From assembly GCA_963675295.2 (NCBI GenBank), contig CAXXKJ010000001.1:1-64000 (forward strand): a stretch of 64,000 nucleotides of DNA, written 5' to 3'. Below the pieces are notes generated by a model that ran no database searches, had not been told where the DNA came from, and worked only from the letters and a program-made list of their open reading frames with translations. Source of the stretch: a bacterium. GTDB taxonomy: Bacteria > Electryoneota > Electryoneia > Electryoneales > Electryoneaceae. Below are positions 63,045 to 64,000 of this stretch, in pieces. The translations under genes were made by a program, and so were the position numbers. The stretch's first letter is position 1; the number at the start of each line of letters is the position of its first letter.

Positions 63045-63488
63045 TTACCCCAGCTGCACCGTAAGCGTTTTCTCTGCCACCGTGACTGGATAAACCGTCA
63101 GGTTGTCCTTCGCCGAACCGCGCACAAATTCACCCGAATACTCGAACGTCGACTTGCCGAGGCTGCAACACTGTACCGTGCCCGCACCGGGAACCGGATC
63201 GAGCTGCCGCTTGCCGTGCGTGCACTCGTTCTTGAACGCGTGGTACTCGCCATCATCCCCATGCACCACCAGCACCCGTTGCGGCAGAGATTCCGCTTCA
63301 AACCGCAGCGCCTGCCCGGGACGTGCCAGCTCGCCCGCCTTGCTCAGGTCAATGGTCAGGTTGCCGTCCGCGAACGACCAGCACTCGTCGTTACGCGGCA
63401 CCTCGGTCAGGCATTTGCCCAGCAGTCGCTTGAAAAATCCGATCCGGTTGTCCCTGGACGGATCGCTCTTGAATGTCGTCTCACTCAT
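63045..63488 (-). CDS. Rieske-like ferredoxin domain protein
   Basis: AFKNECTH...CCSLGKSTF.YSG...GSA...L..YPV. Confidence 0.75.
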   Translation of the reverse strand: MSETTFKSDPSRDNRIGFFKRLLGKCLTEVPRNDECWSFADGNLTIDLSKAGELARPGQALRFEAESLPQRVLVVHGDDGEYHAFKNECTHGKRQLDPVPGAGTVQCCSLGKSTFEYSGEFVRGSAKDNLTVYPVTVAEKTLTVQLG

Positions 63489-63527
63489 CCGTCTTTCCCT
63501 CACGACTCGTTTCGACTCGAGACAATA

Positions 63528-64000
63528 TCAACAAATCCGCGGCAACTGCTCACCACTCAGCAACGCCAGCTGATGACGGACTCCATATGGCGTCAGCAAC
63601 GACACCGCTCCCGGTTGCCGCTGATCGTTCACCGTGCCAACACGCACCGCGCCCGCACTCACCTCCAACGCACGCAGCACCTCCAGAGCCTTGTCCGCCT
63701 GGGCGTCCGGCACCATCACGACAAACCGGCCCTCGTTGGCGACGTGAATCGGGTCAATACCGAGCAGTTCGCCCAACGCTCGCGTGGTGTCCAGCACCGG
63801 CACCCGCTCCTGTTCCACATCAAAGTGCAGGCCGGACGATTCCGCCAGCTCGCACAACGCCGCCGCCAGGCCGCCACGGGTCAGATCCCGCAGGCAGTGC
63901 ACCTCGACGCCGCTGTCCAGCAACGCCTGCACCGCAACCGCCACCGGTGCCGAATCACTGGCCAGATCCGACTGGAAGCCGAGGTCGTTCCGCGTCGCGA
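63528..64000 (-). CDS. hypE: Hydrogenase maturation carbamoyl dehydratase, 3' part (runs off the window)
   Basis: RDLTRGG, ANEG, C-terminal GEQLPRIC. Confidence 0.93.
   Translation of the reverse strand, partial: ATRNDLGFQSDLASDSAPVAVAVQALLDSGVEVHCLRDLTRGGLAAALCELAESSGLHFDVEQERVPVLDTTRALGELLGIDPIHVANEGRFVVMVPDAQADKALEVLRALEVSAGAVRVGTVNDQRQPGAVSLLTPYGVRHQLALLSGEQLPRIC

Overview
A high-GC (about 60%) bacterial chromosomal region. Abundant YPNPFN-type C-terminal sorting domains and a Bacteroidota-style fused ccoNO suggest an FCB-superphylum organism (inference). About 50 kb is dominated by secreted modular proteins. Sixteen carry a T9SS type-A-like C-terminal domain (CTD), and 20.0-51.6 kb is an unbroken divergent array of 16 secreted-protein genes: esterases, FG-GAP and beta-propeller proteins, and adhesin-like proteins. 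A gingipain-like C25 protease lies at the left end. Twelve proteins share an unnamed ~110-aa Ig-like module before the CTD. Neighbours with different passenger domains share near-identical ~80-bp CTD DNA tracts, and domain junctions carry Asp-rich motifs (ELDD/LADD/VTDE) that may be maturation sites. One array gene has an AT-rich core split by an IS200-family element. Also present: a 7-PAS hybrid kinase, DUF4175, a Zn-ADH, a GNAT, an FeS-BCP photolyase, an Rrf2 regulator, a complete cbb3 oxidase operon, an atypical Rieske protein and partial hypE. Several REP-like palindrome families occur (one copy in-frame inside ccoI), along with strand-oriented 7-mer and 9-mer arrays. I saw no rRNA, tRNA, CRISPR, reverse transcriptase or integrase.
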